IMG/VR virus record: IMGVR_UViG_3300032233_002382
Location: 1-64,000 of that record
Origin: a virus
Lineage: Duplodnaviria; Caudoviricetes
Direction: 5' to 3' (one strand)
Length of the DNA: 64,000 nt
Part shown: positions 18,329 to 28,639 of the stretch, piece after piece
Layout of the letters: the number at the start of each line of letters is the position of its first letter
Position numbering within the stretch: position 1 is the first letter of the stretch
Position numbers and translations under genes: made by a program
Notes under the pieces: generated by a model
What the model was told of the DNA's origin: nothing
Databases searched by the model: none
Seen by the model: only the letters and a program-made list of their open reading frames with translations

Positions 18329-18654
18329 GCTTTGGGAGCTTCTTCAGCGGGTTTCTCTTCCGCTTTTGGCTCTTCCTTCTTTTCCTCTTCCACCTTCTTG
18401 ATCGTCTGCTTTACCGGATGCCCCTTCAAGAGCTTCTGCATCTGGGCCGCTTTGTCGATGTTTAGCGCTAAACAGTTTAGAACAAGCGCCAACCAAAGGA
18501 AGAGATCGGGTACCTCTCCCTCAGAGTCCATCGCCTCTCGGACCTTATGGTTGAGCTGTGCGGCTGCAAGAGAAGCGACGGTCACTAAAGTCCCGCCGAG
18601 TCCGATAAGGTGGTCTACCTTCTGATTTCCGGTACTGATCGCGGTCAAGTCCAT
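18325..18654 (-). CDS. Hypothetical protein with charged tail
   Basis: GGAGG RBS before MDLTAIST. Confidence 0.65.
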   Translation of the reverse strand: MDLTAISTGNQKVDHLIGLGGTLVTVASLAAAQLNHKVREAMDSEGEVPDLFLWLALVLNCLALNIDKAAQMQKLLKGHPVKQTIKKVEEEKKEEPKAEEKPAEEAPKA

Positions 18655-18716
18655 TTGGAACCTCCTACACCCTCTGAACATAAAAGCTTTCAGGTTTTTG
18701 TTCAGTCACCTGTAGT

Positions 18717-19424
18717 ATGAACATACATAAAATAGCATCCCATATTTCCAGTTCAGGTTACATTAACTTCGACCGAATAAAGGACATGGCGAAGTCGCTC
18801 CTGGAGACGAAATTCCCAGGCAGTGGCAACGAAGCGGATTTGACCGACTTTATTGACCGAATGGTCAATAAAGCCAAGGGACTCGTGAAGCCTCATAGTT
18901 TCGAGTGGGACCGGTCTGGAACAACATATGAAGATGTCCTGGAGTCTATAATCGCTGAGTCTTTTGAGAAAGCCAAGAAGTTTTCCGGAAAGCCTACAGA
19001 TGTTGATTCCTACAAGAATATGATTGTGTACACGGTGGGGAGAGCGGCCAGGGACGTGTTGGGTCCCTTGAAGGAAATGCAGCGGTGGGAAAGACCGAAG
19101 CCTATGACAGACAAAGAAAGAAAAGATTTAGCGCATAAAATCAGATATGTTTTAAAAGCAATATTTTCTTCGAACGTTTCCGATGGTGAAATGGATGGTT
19201 TGTTGAATAGTTTATCAAATCTATCGAACGAGGAAAATATCGAAGATAGTTTGATTTCTCTGGTCGAGTATATCAAACGAAAACCAGAATCAGTTCAAAC
19301 TAAGGAAGAATTCCTCGAGGCTTTGAAGTCGAGAGTGGAAAGCCACCCTCAAAGAGAAAGAGTAAAATCAGCACTAAGGACAGAAGAGAAACTTTCCGAT
19401 TATTTCAAACGATCTGAAGAATAG
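18717..19424 (+). CDS. Hypothetical protein with N-terminal IASHIS motif
   Basis: Starts MNIHKIASHISS; AT-rich. Confidence 0.7.
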   Translation: MNIHKIASHISSSGYINFDRIKDMAKSLLETKFPGSGNEADLTDFIDRMVNKAKGLVKPHSFEWDRSGTTYEDVLESIIAESFEKAKKFSGKPTDVDSYKNMIVYTVGRAARDVLGPLKEMQRWERPKPMTDKERKDLAHKIRYVLKAIFSSNVSDGEMDGLLNSLSNLSNEENIEDSLISLVEYIKRKPESVQTKEEFLEALKSRVESHPQRERVKSALRTEEKLSDYFKRSEE

Positions 19425-19486
19425 CTCTTAAAATAGATTCCGAATACTTCGATGGCCGGTCTCCTCGCGGAGACCGGCCATCTCGT

Positions 19487-19765
19487 TTAGAGGGTCGAGG
19501 TCTGCTCCTCGAGGGGCGTGGGGTCCCACGAGGAGACCGGCTCGAAGCAGATCACCCCGTCCTCGACCTTCGCGACGAGGATGTCGGTCGAGCAGCACCC
19601 GCAGGAGTCGGTCTCCTCGCGGAGGATCTCGCCCATCTTCCCCGTGAGGAACGGGGCGATGGTCCCCAGCGTCCCCCTGATGACGAGGAACGAGCTGAAG
19701 TCCGGCGAGAGGTCCGAGAAGAACCCCTGCTTCTGGCGGAAGGTGAGGATTGTGTTCTTATCCAT
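19487..19765 (-). CDS. Hypothetical early-type protein
   Basis: Motif at 19826 (-); GGAGCCGACC RBS; high GC3. Confidence 0.8.
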   Translation of the reverse strand: MDKNTILTFRQKQGFFSDLSPDFSSFLVIRGTLGTIAPFLTGKMGEILREETDSCGCCSTDILVAKVEDGVICFEPVSSWDPTPLEEQTSTL

Positions 19766-19853
19766 CGGTCGGCTCCTTGGCGGCAGAAGCGCCGCACAGG
19801 AAGGACGGGCGGCGAGGTCGATCTCCGCCCGTCCTTCTGTTAGACTATCTGAT

Positions 19854-20069
19854 TTAGGCCCTCTCCCCGACGAGGAACTGGATGCCCCTCACGAGGCAGA
19901 AGGGGAGCGCCATGCCCGCCGCGACGCTCGCGAGGCCCGCGACGTTCACCTGCCAAGCAGGAACCTGCTCGAAGCCGGGGCATGTCGCGACGGACATGAA
20001 GTGGCCGCCGAACATCACGATCGCGCCCACGGTCATGAGCTTCTGGATCTCGGTCTGCTTCTTCCACAT
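19854..20069 (-). CDS. Small two-TM protein
   Basis: Motif at 20132 (-); GGAGG RBS; two hydrophobic segments. Confidence 0.7.
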   Translation of the reverse strand: MWKKQTEIQKLMTVGAIVMFGGHFMSVATCPGFEQVPAWQVNVAGLASVAAGMALPFCLVRGIQFLVGERA

Positions 20070-20149
20070 GATAGAGCCTCCAAGGTCGGCAGGAGCGCCG
20101 CACCAAGGAGACGGAGAGAGTAACAGGTTTCCGGTTGGCTTTAGATGGC

Positions 20150-20452
20150 TTACTTCGATTCAGATTTTGACTCTAAATTATGGATTCGTGCTTCAAGTGG
20201 GGCGACTTTTATCGAAAGTTCTTCGACTTTTGAATTCAGTTTCTCGAGAGTCTTATCTAACTGGTCCATTGAACGCTTGAGCAGATATCCGATAAAACCG
20301 AGAGCCAGCGTGACGGCTAGCGACAACGCCCAAACAGGAATGACGACACCGCCTGGAACGGTCGGGCTTTGAGCGGCTGCGGCTTCTGCCAAGACGAGCG
20401 GCATGCCACCGACCACCGCGAGAGCCGAACCGATCAAGCTGGAATCTGACAT
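20150..20452 (-). CDS. Small membrane protein with coiled-coil tail (holin-like topology)
   Basis: Two hydrophobic segments then LDKTLEKLNSKVEEL. Confidence 0.5.
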   Translation of the reverse strand: MSDSSLIGSALAVVGGMPLVLAEAAAAQSPTVPGGVVIPVWALSLAVTLALGFIGYLLKRSMDQLDKTLEKLNSKVEELSIKVAPLEARIHNLESKSESK

Positions 20453-20577
20453 TCTTGTGCTCCCGATTCTTTCTTTGATCCGGTAATAAAAGGCTTTAAA
20501 CATGATGCTTAAAAATAATCCCAACAACGAATTAGCCCTCTAACGAGATAAACCCGTTAGAGGGCTAACACGTCGCG

Positions 20578-20805
20578 TTATCGGGTCTTGAGCCATATCG
20601 CGATCGTTGCGGTGTCGACCGAGATGATCTCCTTCATCTCGACCTTATGGAAGGCCACCCACTCGGCGAACCCTTCGCGCCCCGAGGTGGTGTTCGGGAA
20701 TGTCATGGTCCCGAGGAGTGTTCCCTCCTCCGTCTTCAGCGGGAGATCGACCTCGCCGTTCGCGTGGAACGTCATCGTCGACTCCACCATTCGCCAGCCC
20801 ATCAT
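20578..20805 (-). CDS. Hypothetical early-type protein
   Basis: Motif at 20867 (-); GGAGG RBS. Confidence 0.7.
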   Translation of the reverse strand: MMGWRMVESTMTFHANGEVDLPLKTEEGTLLGTMTFPNTTSGREGFAEWVAFHKVEMKEIISVDTATIAIWLKTR

Positions 20806-20955
20806 GCTCGCCTCCGAATGCGCGTCCATCGCGCCCACCAGATGGACGAACAGACGGTCTGGTTTCCGCTCGTCTTGGTTTTAGCCAGGTACTTTTAAAG
20901 TAGATCCCTGGTTTGCGAACTGGGAATGGGCGTTGAGGCCCATTCCCAGTCGTGA

Positions 20956-21171
20956 CTAACCCATTCGGCTCAAGAGCTCCTTGCCGGTGGGCGTGGTCGT
21001 CAAGGTGTATCCCTTGCGCTCCACCAGCCGCAGCTCGACCATCTTGCTCACGAGCCGGTCGTACTGGTCGAGGCTCACCCCGTGCCCTTGGAAGGCCAGG
21101 AAGAGCGGCCCTTCGGGCGCGTTGCCGCCAGAACCCTCAATCGTCTCGAGCACCGCCTTGATGATCTCCAA
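20956..21171 (-). CDS. Small winged-HTH-like protein
   Basis: Motif at 21232 (-); LVSKMVELRLVERKG..YTLTTTPTGKELL resembles a wHTH wing. Confidence 0.55.
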   Translation of the reverse strand: MEIIKAVLETIEGSGGNAPEGPLFLAFQGHGVSLDQYDRLVSKMVELRLVERKGYTLTTTPTGKELLSRMG

Positions 21172-21580
21172 GCTCGCCTCCTCGCGGCACCAGCGCCGCC
21201 CACCAAGGAGACGACAGTCCGAGCTGATCTCCGCCGGACTTTAAAAGGGATGTTCAAAACGAATGGTCTGTCTCAAAGGGGACCGGAAGCTGGCGGGCCG
21301 TCGCGTCTGTTGGGTGCGGCGGCGGTGGTGCCGCACGGCGGCGCGGCGGAGATTGGGCTGCGGCGGCGTCGGTTGGGTGCGGACGACGCGAGTCGGCGGG
21401 GATTGAGCGACAGCCCCGTGTCTCGTAGGCTCCGATGGTCTGGCAATGTGCGTCCTGATGGAAATCGGGGGCATTGTCTTTCGGCAGCGTCGGGTGGTCC
21501 GACGTGAATCCGGAAACCGGTGAATCCCGCCGTCCATGGGATGGGAAGCGTCCCCCTGAGTGACGCATGGAGCCGACCAA

Positions 21581-22006
21581 ATGAACCACTTCAACTCGAT
21601 CGACACCGTCATGGCGTTCGTGGCGGAGAAGCTGCCGCCGGTCATCGCCGCGCCCCCGGCCTACCCCTTCATCGGGGAGAAGGCGGTCCGCGCCGCCCTG
21701 CAGAGCGACTACGACCTGCAGGAGGCGGTGCTCGTCATGCTCTACCACCTGCAGACGCAGGACGAGCAGGCGACCCGCGACACGAAGACCAAGAACCGGG
21801 CGGGCTTCATGAGCAGCGACGCCTTCCACGGCACCCGCATCGCGGAGGCGCTCGTCCTGGGCCTCTGCCTCGAGCACGAGGACATCGAGCGGGTGCAGCG
21901 CATCGCGACCAAGTACGCCAAGCAGACCACGGTCCAGCTCAGGCGGGTGGCGATGCAGCAGGATGCCCGTCTGGCGGCCTACGCCACGGTCTTCAGCATC
22001 AAGTAG
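21581..22006 (+). CDS. Family A copy 2
   Basis: Three promoter motifs upstream (21285, 21348, 21512); GGAGCCGACC RBS. Confidence 0.85.
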   Translation: MNHFNSIDTVMAFVAEKLPPVIAAPPAYPFIGEKAVRAALQSDYDLQEAVLVMLYHLQTQDEQATRDTKTKNRAGFMSSDAFHGTRIAEALVLGLCLEHEDIERVQRIATKYAKQTTVQLRRVAMQQDARLAAYATVFSIK

Positions 22007-22079
22007 TCCCGTAAGACGGACCGGCCCCTCTCCCTTGCGGGAGAGGGGCCGGATCTGTATTCGACATGACATTTTAAGA

Positions 22080-22694
22080 TTACTCTTCGAGTCGATCTAA
22101 TCTCTTTTGAAGTTCAGGCTTGAACTTTTTTGTAGCTTTCCGAATTTCATCTTTAAGAATAGACTCATATCTGTCGATCAGTCTTTGTTTTTCTTTTATA
22201 TCAGACTCATCTGATATCTTTTTCTCAACCATATCCAATCTATCTGTAAGAACTTTATATGCCATATTTTGTTCTTTGTCCATGAGTTCGATCATTAAAG
22301 ATTCTATATCCTTTTTCTTCCATTTCTCATCTATAATCCATCGATAGTTCGCATTGATTCGGTTTATTTCTTTGCGTTCCTTAGAATTGTGTTTGACTTC
22401 TTCCGGATCTTTAATGTACCCTTCTTCTGTCCATATTTCAGTGTATATGAAATCTGAAATATCATTTATCATTTGATGAAGTTTATCGACCGTCTGCTGT
22501 GTGGTTTTGGCTTGTCGGACAATACTAGATATAATATGTCGAAATGTACTGGATATGTTGATTTTTGATGGGTTATATGTTGATCCTTCCTCAATTCCGG
22601 CGGAACGTGATTCCTCTAAAAATTCTTCGTGAGTCGTATCAGGATCAACGATCCGCATAGTGATTTCACGAATCATGCTTGAAGTGATCGCCAT
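22080..22694 (-). CDS. AT-rich charged coiled-coil protein
   Basis: K/E/I-rich; abrupt composition change relative to neighbours; start uncertain. Confidence 0.65.
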   Translation of the reverse strand: MAITSSMIREITMRIVDPDTTHEEFLEESRSAGIEEGSTYNPSKINISSTFRHIISSIVRQAKTTQQTVDKLHQMINDISDFIYTEIWTEEGYIKDPEEVKHNSKERKEINRINANYRWIIDEKWKKKDIESLMIELMDKEQNMAYKVLTDRLDMVEKKISDESDIKEKQRLIDRYESILKDEIRKATKKFKPELQKRLDRLEE

Positions 22695-22803
22695 ATATAA
22701 TATATCTAATAAAGGATCCACATACTCCAGTGTCAGACCGGAGATCGGTCCGGCGTCTCGTCCTTTGGGTGGCGGCGGTGGTCGTCGCCCAGTAGGAGCT
22801 GAG

Positions 22804-23217
22804 ATGAAATCGCCTCGCTTGGTTAGGTTCGTCGAGGAGCACGCCGGTCTCGATGGCGTGGAGATGAAAGGACCCTGGGGTCGCGTGACGAAGTATGTCA
22901 CGGAGAACCGTATCTCAGGCCAGATCTTCGGGCCTGGCTTCCATGGGAGTGATTCCGCTATCGCCACCGTCCTCGAGGGCGTGATTTACGAGGTGATGGA
23001 GGAATTCGATGGAGAGCTCTATCCGGTCTTCGAACCGGACGACTCCTCTGAGTACGAATTCGGGGAGCGCGAAGCGATCGATGCTCGTCGAGCGCAGGAA
23101 CCGGAGCCTGAGGAGGATGTCGCTGAGACGCCTCGTGTGCTTCGACACAAGTTCCAGCGGGAACGTCGTCGCGAGCAATGTCGCCGGTTCGACGAGCACT
23201 ATCCCGAACTCGACTAA
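22804..23217 (+). CDS. Hypothetical early-type protein
   Basis: Motif at 22740; GGAG RBS. Confidence 0.7.
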   Translation: MKSPRLVRFVEEHAGLDGVEMKGPWGRVTKYVTENRISGQIFGPGFHGSDSAIATVLEGVIYEVMEEFDGELYPVFEPDDSSEYEFGEREAIDARRAQEPEPEEDVAETPRVLRHKFQRERRREQCRRFDEHYPELD

Positions 23218-23298
23218 TTTCCCTGGACGCAGGGGCGGAGATCGAGCCGCCCCTGCGTCCCCTTGGTGGGCGCGGTGGTCGCGCCATGGAGGCAGACG

Positions 23299-23709
23299 AT
23301 GTTTGAGAACAACCTGCGCGTGCAGTTCGTGGACAACAACACCCTGCTCGAGACGGTGGGCCGGTTCCAGGAGGTCCGCAAGGTGATCGAGGTCTTCGGC
23401 GCGACCGGCACGCTCAAGGCCATCTCCCCCGTCTACTGCTGCTACGACTGCGACGGGGAGGGCTGGTGGGAGGAGATCGCGGTCGTGAACGAGGGCCGCA
23501 TCTGGCCGACGTCCCCCTCCTCCTTCGAGCCGGAGAAGTTTGGCCCCGAACGCACCCTCCGCACCCGCAACACCACGTACGTCCTGGCGAACTACATGCC
23601 GGGGGCGGGGTGGCCCGACGCCCAGAGGTTCACCCGCAGGGAGGGGCGGCGCGCGGCGCGGCGCTTCGGCAAGGCCATCGTCGCGGAGGCGATGGCCGAG
23701 CTCGAGTAA
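23299..23709 (+). CDS. Hypothetical early-type protein
   Basis: Motif at 23237; GGAGG RBS; CYDCDG. Confidence 0.8.
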   Translation: MFENNLRVQFVDNNTLLETVGRFQEVRKVIEVFGATGTLKAISPVYCCYDCDGEGWWEEIAVVNEGRIWPTSPSSFEPEKFGPERTLRTRNTTYVLANYMPGAGWPDAQRFTRREGRRAARRFGKAIVAEAMAELE

Positions 23710-23934
23710 GATTGAGGGGAGGTCCCATTCGGGACCTCCCCTCATGTCGTTCAAAATGGCGGAGGATATCCGATTCGAACGGATGGTACCTTTCGATACG
23801 CCTGTTTAGTAGACAGGTGCCTTAGACCACTCGGCCAATCCTCCAGATCTTAAACTATACACCCCAAAGCAGATCGGAAATCGGTCGTTCGGTTCGTCTT
23901 TTTGGTGGGCGGTGGTCGCCCGATTGGAGGTCCG

Positions 23935-24228
23935 GTGCATTCTGGCGAGTCGAATCTGAACGGTAAGAAGGTGTGCGAGGATTGCGCCCAGTCTCTTGAG
24001 ACCAGGGTCTGCATGTCAGCGGCAGGATACTACCTCGGGAGCTGGTGTAACTGTGGCCCCTATTCCCGCGAGTCCGGGTATTTCGGCTCGAAGCAGGAGG
24101 CGGAGGTCTGCCTCAGGGAGTGGGAAGAGATGCTTCGGGTCGCCCACATCCATGAGGAGAGGCCCAGTCTCCCGAACGAGCGCAAGACCGGCTTCAACCC
24201 TGACGGTCTCACGGTCGAGTTCCTCTAA
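23935..24228 (+). CDS. Small Cys-containing protein
   Basis: Motif at 23876; GGAGG + GTG; CEDC...SAAGYYLG.WCNCGPYSRESGYF. Confidence 0.75.
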   Translation: MHSGESNLNGKKVCEDCAQSLETRVCMSAAGYYLGSWCNCGPYSRESGYFGSKQEAEVCLREWEEMLRVAHIHEERPSLPNERKTGFNPDGLTVEFL

Positions 24229-24546
24229 CTGCATGGCCCCTGGCGGGAATTCCCGCCAGGGGCCATGGGTGCATCAATGATCATTCTTGAATATCTCTCT
24301 TATCCTTTCGTCTGGGCTAAATTCTGCTTTCGGTTCGGATTCAAATACGGCTCGAAGAGGTTCCATTACTTCTGGCTTGAACGAATCTGGGTTCGGAACG
24401 GAGGCGAACTAAGGACCCTCAGGGAGCGCCAATGAGTCAGATGCATATCGGCCAGATCTTCTTGAACAAGTGTTCAGAAATCCTGGATTGTCTCCCGGAA
24501 ATCTCTGGTGTATCTCGTCTAGACGCACTAGAGGAGGCGTATTATA

Positions 24547-24861
24547 ATGTCCGATCTGCTTACGCCTGGGGACATCCAAATGCAATCCAATACGCCCGTG
24601 GAGTCCCCGAGTTCGACGAATTCAGACAACTCACTATTAGAGACGTCGACCTTCCCCGAACGACTCATCTATCGACTGGACGCTGCCGTTGCAGGGGAGA
24701 GTCTACACGACGTCATGCTTGCGATGGCTAGTGTGATCGGAAGGCGTTTCGGTAAGACACATTTCGGCTTAGTGTCCCATGTTTTATCATCAATGGTATC
24801 TATTGTTCGTCTCAATGACCAGGAATCATCATTGAAGCCCAAAGTCCGTCGCAAGAAGTGA
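24547..24861 (+). CDS. Hypothetical protein (frame ambiguous versus 24432..24731)
   Basis: Two overlapping frames; neither recognisable. Confidence 0.35.
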   Translation: MSDLLTPGDIQMQSNTPVESPSSTNSDNSLLETSTFPERLIYRLDAAVAGESLHDVMLAMASVIGRRFGKTHFGLVSHVLSSMVSIVRLNDQESSLKPKVRRKK

Positions 24862-24948
24862 TCTGATTTAAAGAAGGTCGGAAGCTGGTCGCTGGGCGCG
24901 TCTCCTTGGTGGGCGGCGCGCCCATTCCTCGCGCCAGGAGCCGACCAC

Positions 24949-25218
24949 ATGCAGGCAGATTTCACCCAGCTCGACGGCACGGCCACTCGCGACCAGCGGG
25001 TCTCCCTCAGCGACGTCCTCTCCTTCCTCCAGAAGCCGGAGGCGGCCATCGCCCACGTGAAGAGCAATGGGGTCGAGGTGGTCGTCTACAAGGACGCGGG
25101 GTTTGGCGTGACGGTGGGGGTCGAGACGGAGAGCCAGGAGATGGCCTTCCGGGAGTTCTCCGCCCAGGAACAGGCGCTCAAGTACATGATCCTCTCGCTC
25201 GCCGCCGGTTCCCGCTAG
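24949..25218 (+). CDS. Hypothetical early-type protein, distantly similar to the next two
   Basis: Motif at 24880; GGAGCCGACC RBS; VSLSDVLSFLQKP resembles ITMGDVVEHLQKP. Confidence 0.8.
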   Translation: MQADFTQLDGTATRDQRVSLSDVLSFLQKPEAAIAHVKSNGVEVVVYKDAGFGVTVGVETESQEMAFREFSAQEQALKYMILSLAAGSR

Positions 25219-25300
25219 AGAAAGTTGGAAGTCCGCCGCGCCGCCCGTCTATTGGATGGGCGGCGCGGCGCCCATTTCATCCCCGCGCATGGAGCCGACC

Positions 25301-25570
25301 TTGAAAATCACAGGATTTAAGTTCGGGACGCCGTACGTGAGCGAGACCCTGGTCACGATGGCGGATGTAGTGGAGCACCTCAAGCACCCCGACTGCGACG
25401 CGGTGTGGATTCGCAATGGGCGCCGCAAGGCCACGATCCTGGGTGCGATGAACGATGGGTCCGTCACCGTCAACGTCGAGGGTCCCGGTCGAGATGCCTC
25501 CTCCTTCCGTCAATTCACCGATCCGCTCATGGCGGCATTCTACGCCGCGAGTGAGGTCCGTTCCCACTAG
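25301..25570 (+). CDS. Tandem duplicate copy 1
   Basis: Motif at 25227; GGAGCCGACC + TTG. Confidence 0.8.
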   Translation: MKITGFKFGTPYVSETLVTMADVVEHLKHPDCDAVWIRNGRRKATILGAMNDGSVTVNVEGPGRDASSFRQFTDPLMAAFYAASEVRSH

Positions 25571-25627
25571 AATGTCAGACTTCCCACAGAAAGGACGTCC
25601 TTTCTGTGGGAAGTCGGGAGATCAAAC

Positions 25628-25900
25628 GTGAAGATCACTGGATTCTTGCATGGGCGCAATCACCTTCGGTCCGAAGTCCTCATCACGATGGGTGATGTGG
25701 TGGAACACCTTCAAAAGCCTGGGTGTGATGCTGTTTGGGTCCGCCTGGGTCGCCGAAATGCCACCATTCTGAGTCCTCGTGGTGATGGTGTTTTCTCTGT
25801 TAGTGTCGAGGGTCCTGGGCATGATTCAGACAAATTCCATCAATTCACGAATCCCCTGATGGCCGCTTATTTCGCAACCAGTGCAGTTCGTTCCCGATAG
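25628..25900 (+). CDS. Tandem duplicate copy 2
   Basis: KITGF..CDAVW.R.GRR.ATIL..VEGPG..QFT.PLMAA shared with copy 1. Confidence 0.75.
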   Translation: MKITGFLHGRNHLRSEVLITMGDVVEHLQKPGCDAVWVRLGRRNATILSPRGDGVFSVSVEGPGHDSDKFHQFTNPLMAAYFATSAVRSR

Positions 25901-25931
25901 ACTTCCCATTTCACCCGAACCAGGAGCCACA

Positions 25932-26840
25932 ATGCAGATCATCTTCGAGAAGGGCAATGTCATTCCGTTCGAGCAGCTCCCTATCAATTCGATCGCCCTG
26001 GATGGGTATGTCCAGGGACCGCAGGTCGACCCGATCAACCGCAAGTACTCCTTCGATCACCATGCGGGCTGCCTGAGGCTCGTTACTAAGGCGACCTGCG
26101 AGCAGGTGCTTGAGAGCATCCTGCTCGGCCTCACCACCGACGAGAATACGAAGATCTTCATCAACGACATCGACGGGGATACGGCTCTGAGCGTCTGGCT
26201 GCTCCTGAATCAGGATAAGGCACGGGACTCCGACGTCCAGTTCCTCGTGCGAGCAATCGGACTCACGGACGCCCATGGTCCGGCATTCAAGCCGCACCCC
26301 ATGCACAATGAGCTCACTCCTCCCCCGCCTTGGATCAAGGATTCTCCCCCGCAGTCACTGGGGATGCTGGAGGGGATGCTCGAGAAGCTTACTCTCTGGC
26401 ACCAAGGGAAGTTCAATCCCTCTCCTAAGTCCGAAGAGCTCTCGAAGGGATGGGCATGGAGCCCTCAGAAGGGATGGTTCGCGGTCGAGGTGAAGGGCGG
26501 GATGGAGGGCTTCTATGCTGCCGGGGCAGTACTCGGATTCCTCTACCAGAGGCTCCCGGATGGGACCTTCATGTACACGGTCGCCAAGGCTTCGGATCTC
26601 GTTCCGGCGAAGTTGGGTCCTGGTAGCCAGGTTCGTCCGGTAACGGACGTCTCCCAGTTCGAGAACACCATCATGGGTCGCCTGGGGGTGGTGGAGCAAT
26701 TGAAGAACCCCGCCCAGTCCCTCGCGCACACCTGGGGTGGCGGGACGAGCATTGGCGGTTCCCCGCGCAATGCAGATGGCTCCTCGAGCATGCTGCCGCC
26801 TGAGCAAGTCCTCGAGATCTTCCAGCAGTTCCAGCCATAG
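25932..26840 (+). CDS. DHH-like phosphoesterase fold protein
   Basis: IALDG, FDHH and NDIDGDT motifs; GGAG RBS. Confidence 0.45.
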   Translation: MQIIFEKGNVIPFEQLPINSIALDGYVQGPQVDPINRKYSFDHHAGCLRLVTKATCEQVLESILLGLTTDENTKIFINDIDGDTALSVWLLLNQDKARDSDVQFLVRAIGLTDAHGPAFKPHPMHNELTPPPPWIKDSPPQSLGMLEGMLEKLTLWHQGKFNPSPKSEELSKGWAWSPQKGWFAVEVKGGMEGFYAAGAVLGFLYQRLPDGTFMYTVAKASDLVPAKLGPGSQVRPVTDVSQFENTIMGRLGVVEQLKNPAQSLAHTWGGGTSIGGSPRNADGSSSMLPPEQVLEIFQQFQP

Positions 26841-26896
26841 TGTGAGTCAAACAACCCCAAGAGCGTTTGCTCTTGGGGTTGTTTGTATGGTTTTAT

Positions 26897-27607
26897 ATGA
26901 GCTTACCTGATATAAAGCATATTAACGATTTGCAAGATATGCTAGACCGTAATGAGCCATTTAGTTTCGTTAACTATTGTGATGGTGAATGGAAGCAAAT
27001 ACTTGGTGCGACTTCCGGTGCTCAGTGCGATGGTCAGAGCTTCACAGCGGAAGGTAGAGACTTACTGATAGACTGCATACGAAACCACCGAGACATGTAC
27101 TACATGACTCAGTTCCACTGGCGAGATACGCCCATATGTTTCGAACTATTTAGAAATCTAGGAATAGGACAAGGAATTAAGTGGTTCGACCGAAACATCA
27201 TACTACACAAGCTTTGGAATGGGGAGATAGGGCCTTTTCTTTCTAGTATAAAGAAAAAGAAGGTCCTTATTGTTGGTCCACAGCATATGAAGAACATCGA
27301 AATAATTGATCCGGTCGGGTTTGTGGTCGTTCCTTCTTCAAATGCTATGTCGGACCGAACCCGGATTCTCAACGAATCGATCGAGAAAATAGAAGAACTT
27401 AAACCAGACGTAGTAACCGTTTCGGCTTCGTTTCTTGCCAAAGTGTTAGTTCATGAGCTTCATAAGAAGTATGGCGATACTAAATGGTTGCTTGACGTAG
27501 GAAGCCTGTGGGATCCGTTCTGTGGCGTTCTGTCCAGATCACCCTATAGAGTCGAAAAGTGGACACAGTCAGAGGAAAAGATCCGATCCTATCTTAAGCA
27601 ACACTAA
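26897..27607 (+). CDS. GT-D-fold glycosyltransferase-like protein
   Basis: PFSFVNYCDGE, VLIVGP, LLDVGSLWD. Confidence 0.6.
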   Translation: MSLPDIKHINDLQDMLDRNEPFSFVNYCDGEWKQILGATSGAQCDGQSFTAEGRDLLIDCIRNHRDMYYMTQFHWRDTPICFELFRNLGIGQGIKWFDRNIILHKLWNGEIGPFLSSIKKKKVLIVGPQHMKNIEIIDPVGFVVVPSSNAMSDRTRILNESIEKIEELKPDVVTVSASFLAKVLVHELHKKYGDTKWLLDVGSLWDPFCGVLSRSPYRVEKWTQSEEKIRSYLKQH

Positions 27608-27686
27608 ATAATCATCGGGGGCCAACGGATTGACTTCGTTGGCCCCCGATAACTGTAGCTCGCACTCTAGAGTAACCTAAATTACA

Positions 27687-27935
27687 TTAAACGTCGTATG
27701 TTGATGTTAGTTTAATGTTCTTTGCAGCTTTCTCGAGTGCTTTAGCTGTGGCCTTTTCGGCCTGCTCTTCTAGTTCTTCATGGCGTTCTTGGTCGAGTGC
27801 TTCCGTCTTTTTCTTTAATTCTTCGTGATAATCTGCGTCGAGATCTTCCATCTGCTTCTCGACTTGCTTCTTCACCTTATCCATGACCTTCTCTACTTCG
27901 GTCAGGGCGAGGTGAAACCTTTTAACGTCACTCAT
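27687..27935 (-). CDS. Small coiled-coil protein
   Basis: E/K-rich heptads; coupled to the upstream gene. Confidence 0.65.
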   Translation of the reverse strand: MSDVKRFHLALTEVEKVMDKVKKQVEKQMEDLDADYHEELKKKTEALDQERHEELEEQAEKATAKALEKAAKNIKLTSTYDV

Positions 27936-28309
27936 TAGTGCGACCCGTGCTCAGCAGGCTTCTCTGCGCTCTTCTCCATCTCGGCAAGGAGAGCGGAGTG
28001 GAAAGTCTCATTACCGGTGCACATCTCGCCATACTCGGCCATCTTCTTAGCCATCTTACCACAATGATCGGCTGCCTCAGCGTAGTTGTGCTGCTTCATG
28101 CAGGTCTTCATCTGCTCTTCGCAGGTTTTAACCTCAGACCAGCACTCCTGAGCCTTAGCGGCCCAAGCAGCGTACTGCTCGTCCGATTGAACGGCCTTCG
28201 CGATAATCCGTCGAAGGTCAGCAACCACAAGCTCCTTGGATGGATTGGTAGAAGCGTTGAGTTTAGAAGCAACGCGGCGAAGTTCGGCTGATAACTGGCT
28301 AGGGGTCAT
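27935..28309 (-). CDS. Protein with N-terminal PSxLSxxLRRIA domain
   Basis: MTPSQLSAELRRVASKLNASTNPSKELVVADLRRI; AAGGAG RBS. Confidence 0.8.
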   Translation of the reverse strand: MTPSQLSAELRRVASKLNASTNPSKELVVADLRRIIAKAVQSDEQYAAWAAKAQECWSEVKTCEEQMKTCMKQHNYAEAADHCGKMAKKMAEYGEMCTGNETFHSALLAEMEKSAEKPAEHGSH

Positions 28310-28435
28310 ATTATATCTCCTTATTAGGTGGCCTGATATAACCTCTAAACAAAAATTTATGTAATTTGATCGATATTGGAAATCCGGTTGTTGGCTTCGT
28401 TTGTCCTGTGGGCGGGTTGCCCGTGGAGGTGTCGG

Positions 28436-28639
28436 ATGGCTAGGACTCGTGCTTTGTCAGCTGGTGAAGTCGATTTGCTCGGTGTGTTCATTCCGTCGGA
28501 TCGGGTCGAGGCGATCAGGGTGGCGCTGAAGGAAGGCAAATCGGTACTGCTCGAAGAGAGCGAATTCAAGGATCCAGGTGAAGATTATTGTAAGGTGATC
28601 GTTGAAGGAACGTGTATGGCTTATCTACCTGGATACTAG
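28436..28639 (+). CDS. Hypothetical early-type protein
   Basis: N15 variant of the motif at 28378; GGAGG RBS. Confidence 0.7.
   Translation: MARTRALSAGEVDLLGVFIPSDRVEAIRVALKEGKSVLLEESEFKDPGEDYCKVIVEGTCMAYLPGY

Noticed and set aside
13874-23754. Long GC-rich ORFs such as 13874..14794(-), 14146..15006(+), 15960..16562(-), 21254..22072(-), 22915..23754(-)
   Set aside because: These are shadow frames of GC3-rich real genes; they are Arg/Gly/Pro-rich, lack an RBS and run across terminators.
13976-25630. Additional GGAAA/GGAAG sites at 13976, 16090, 21460 and 25609
   Set aside because: They lack CGTY at the fixed distance, so they were not counted as promoter copies; they may be decayed.
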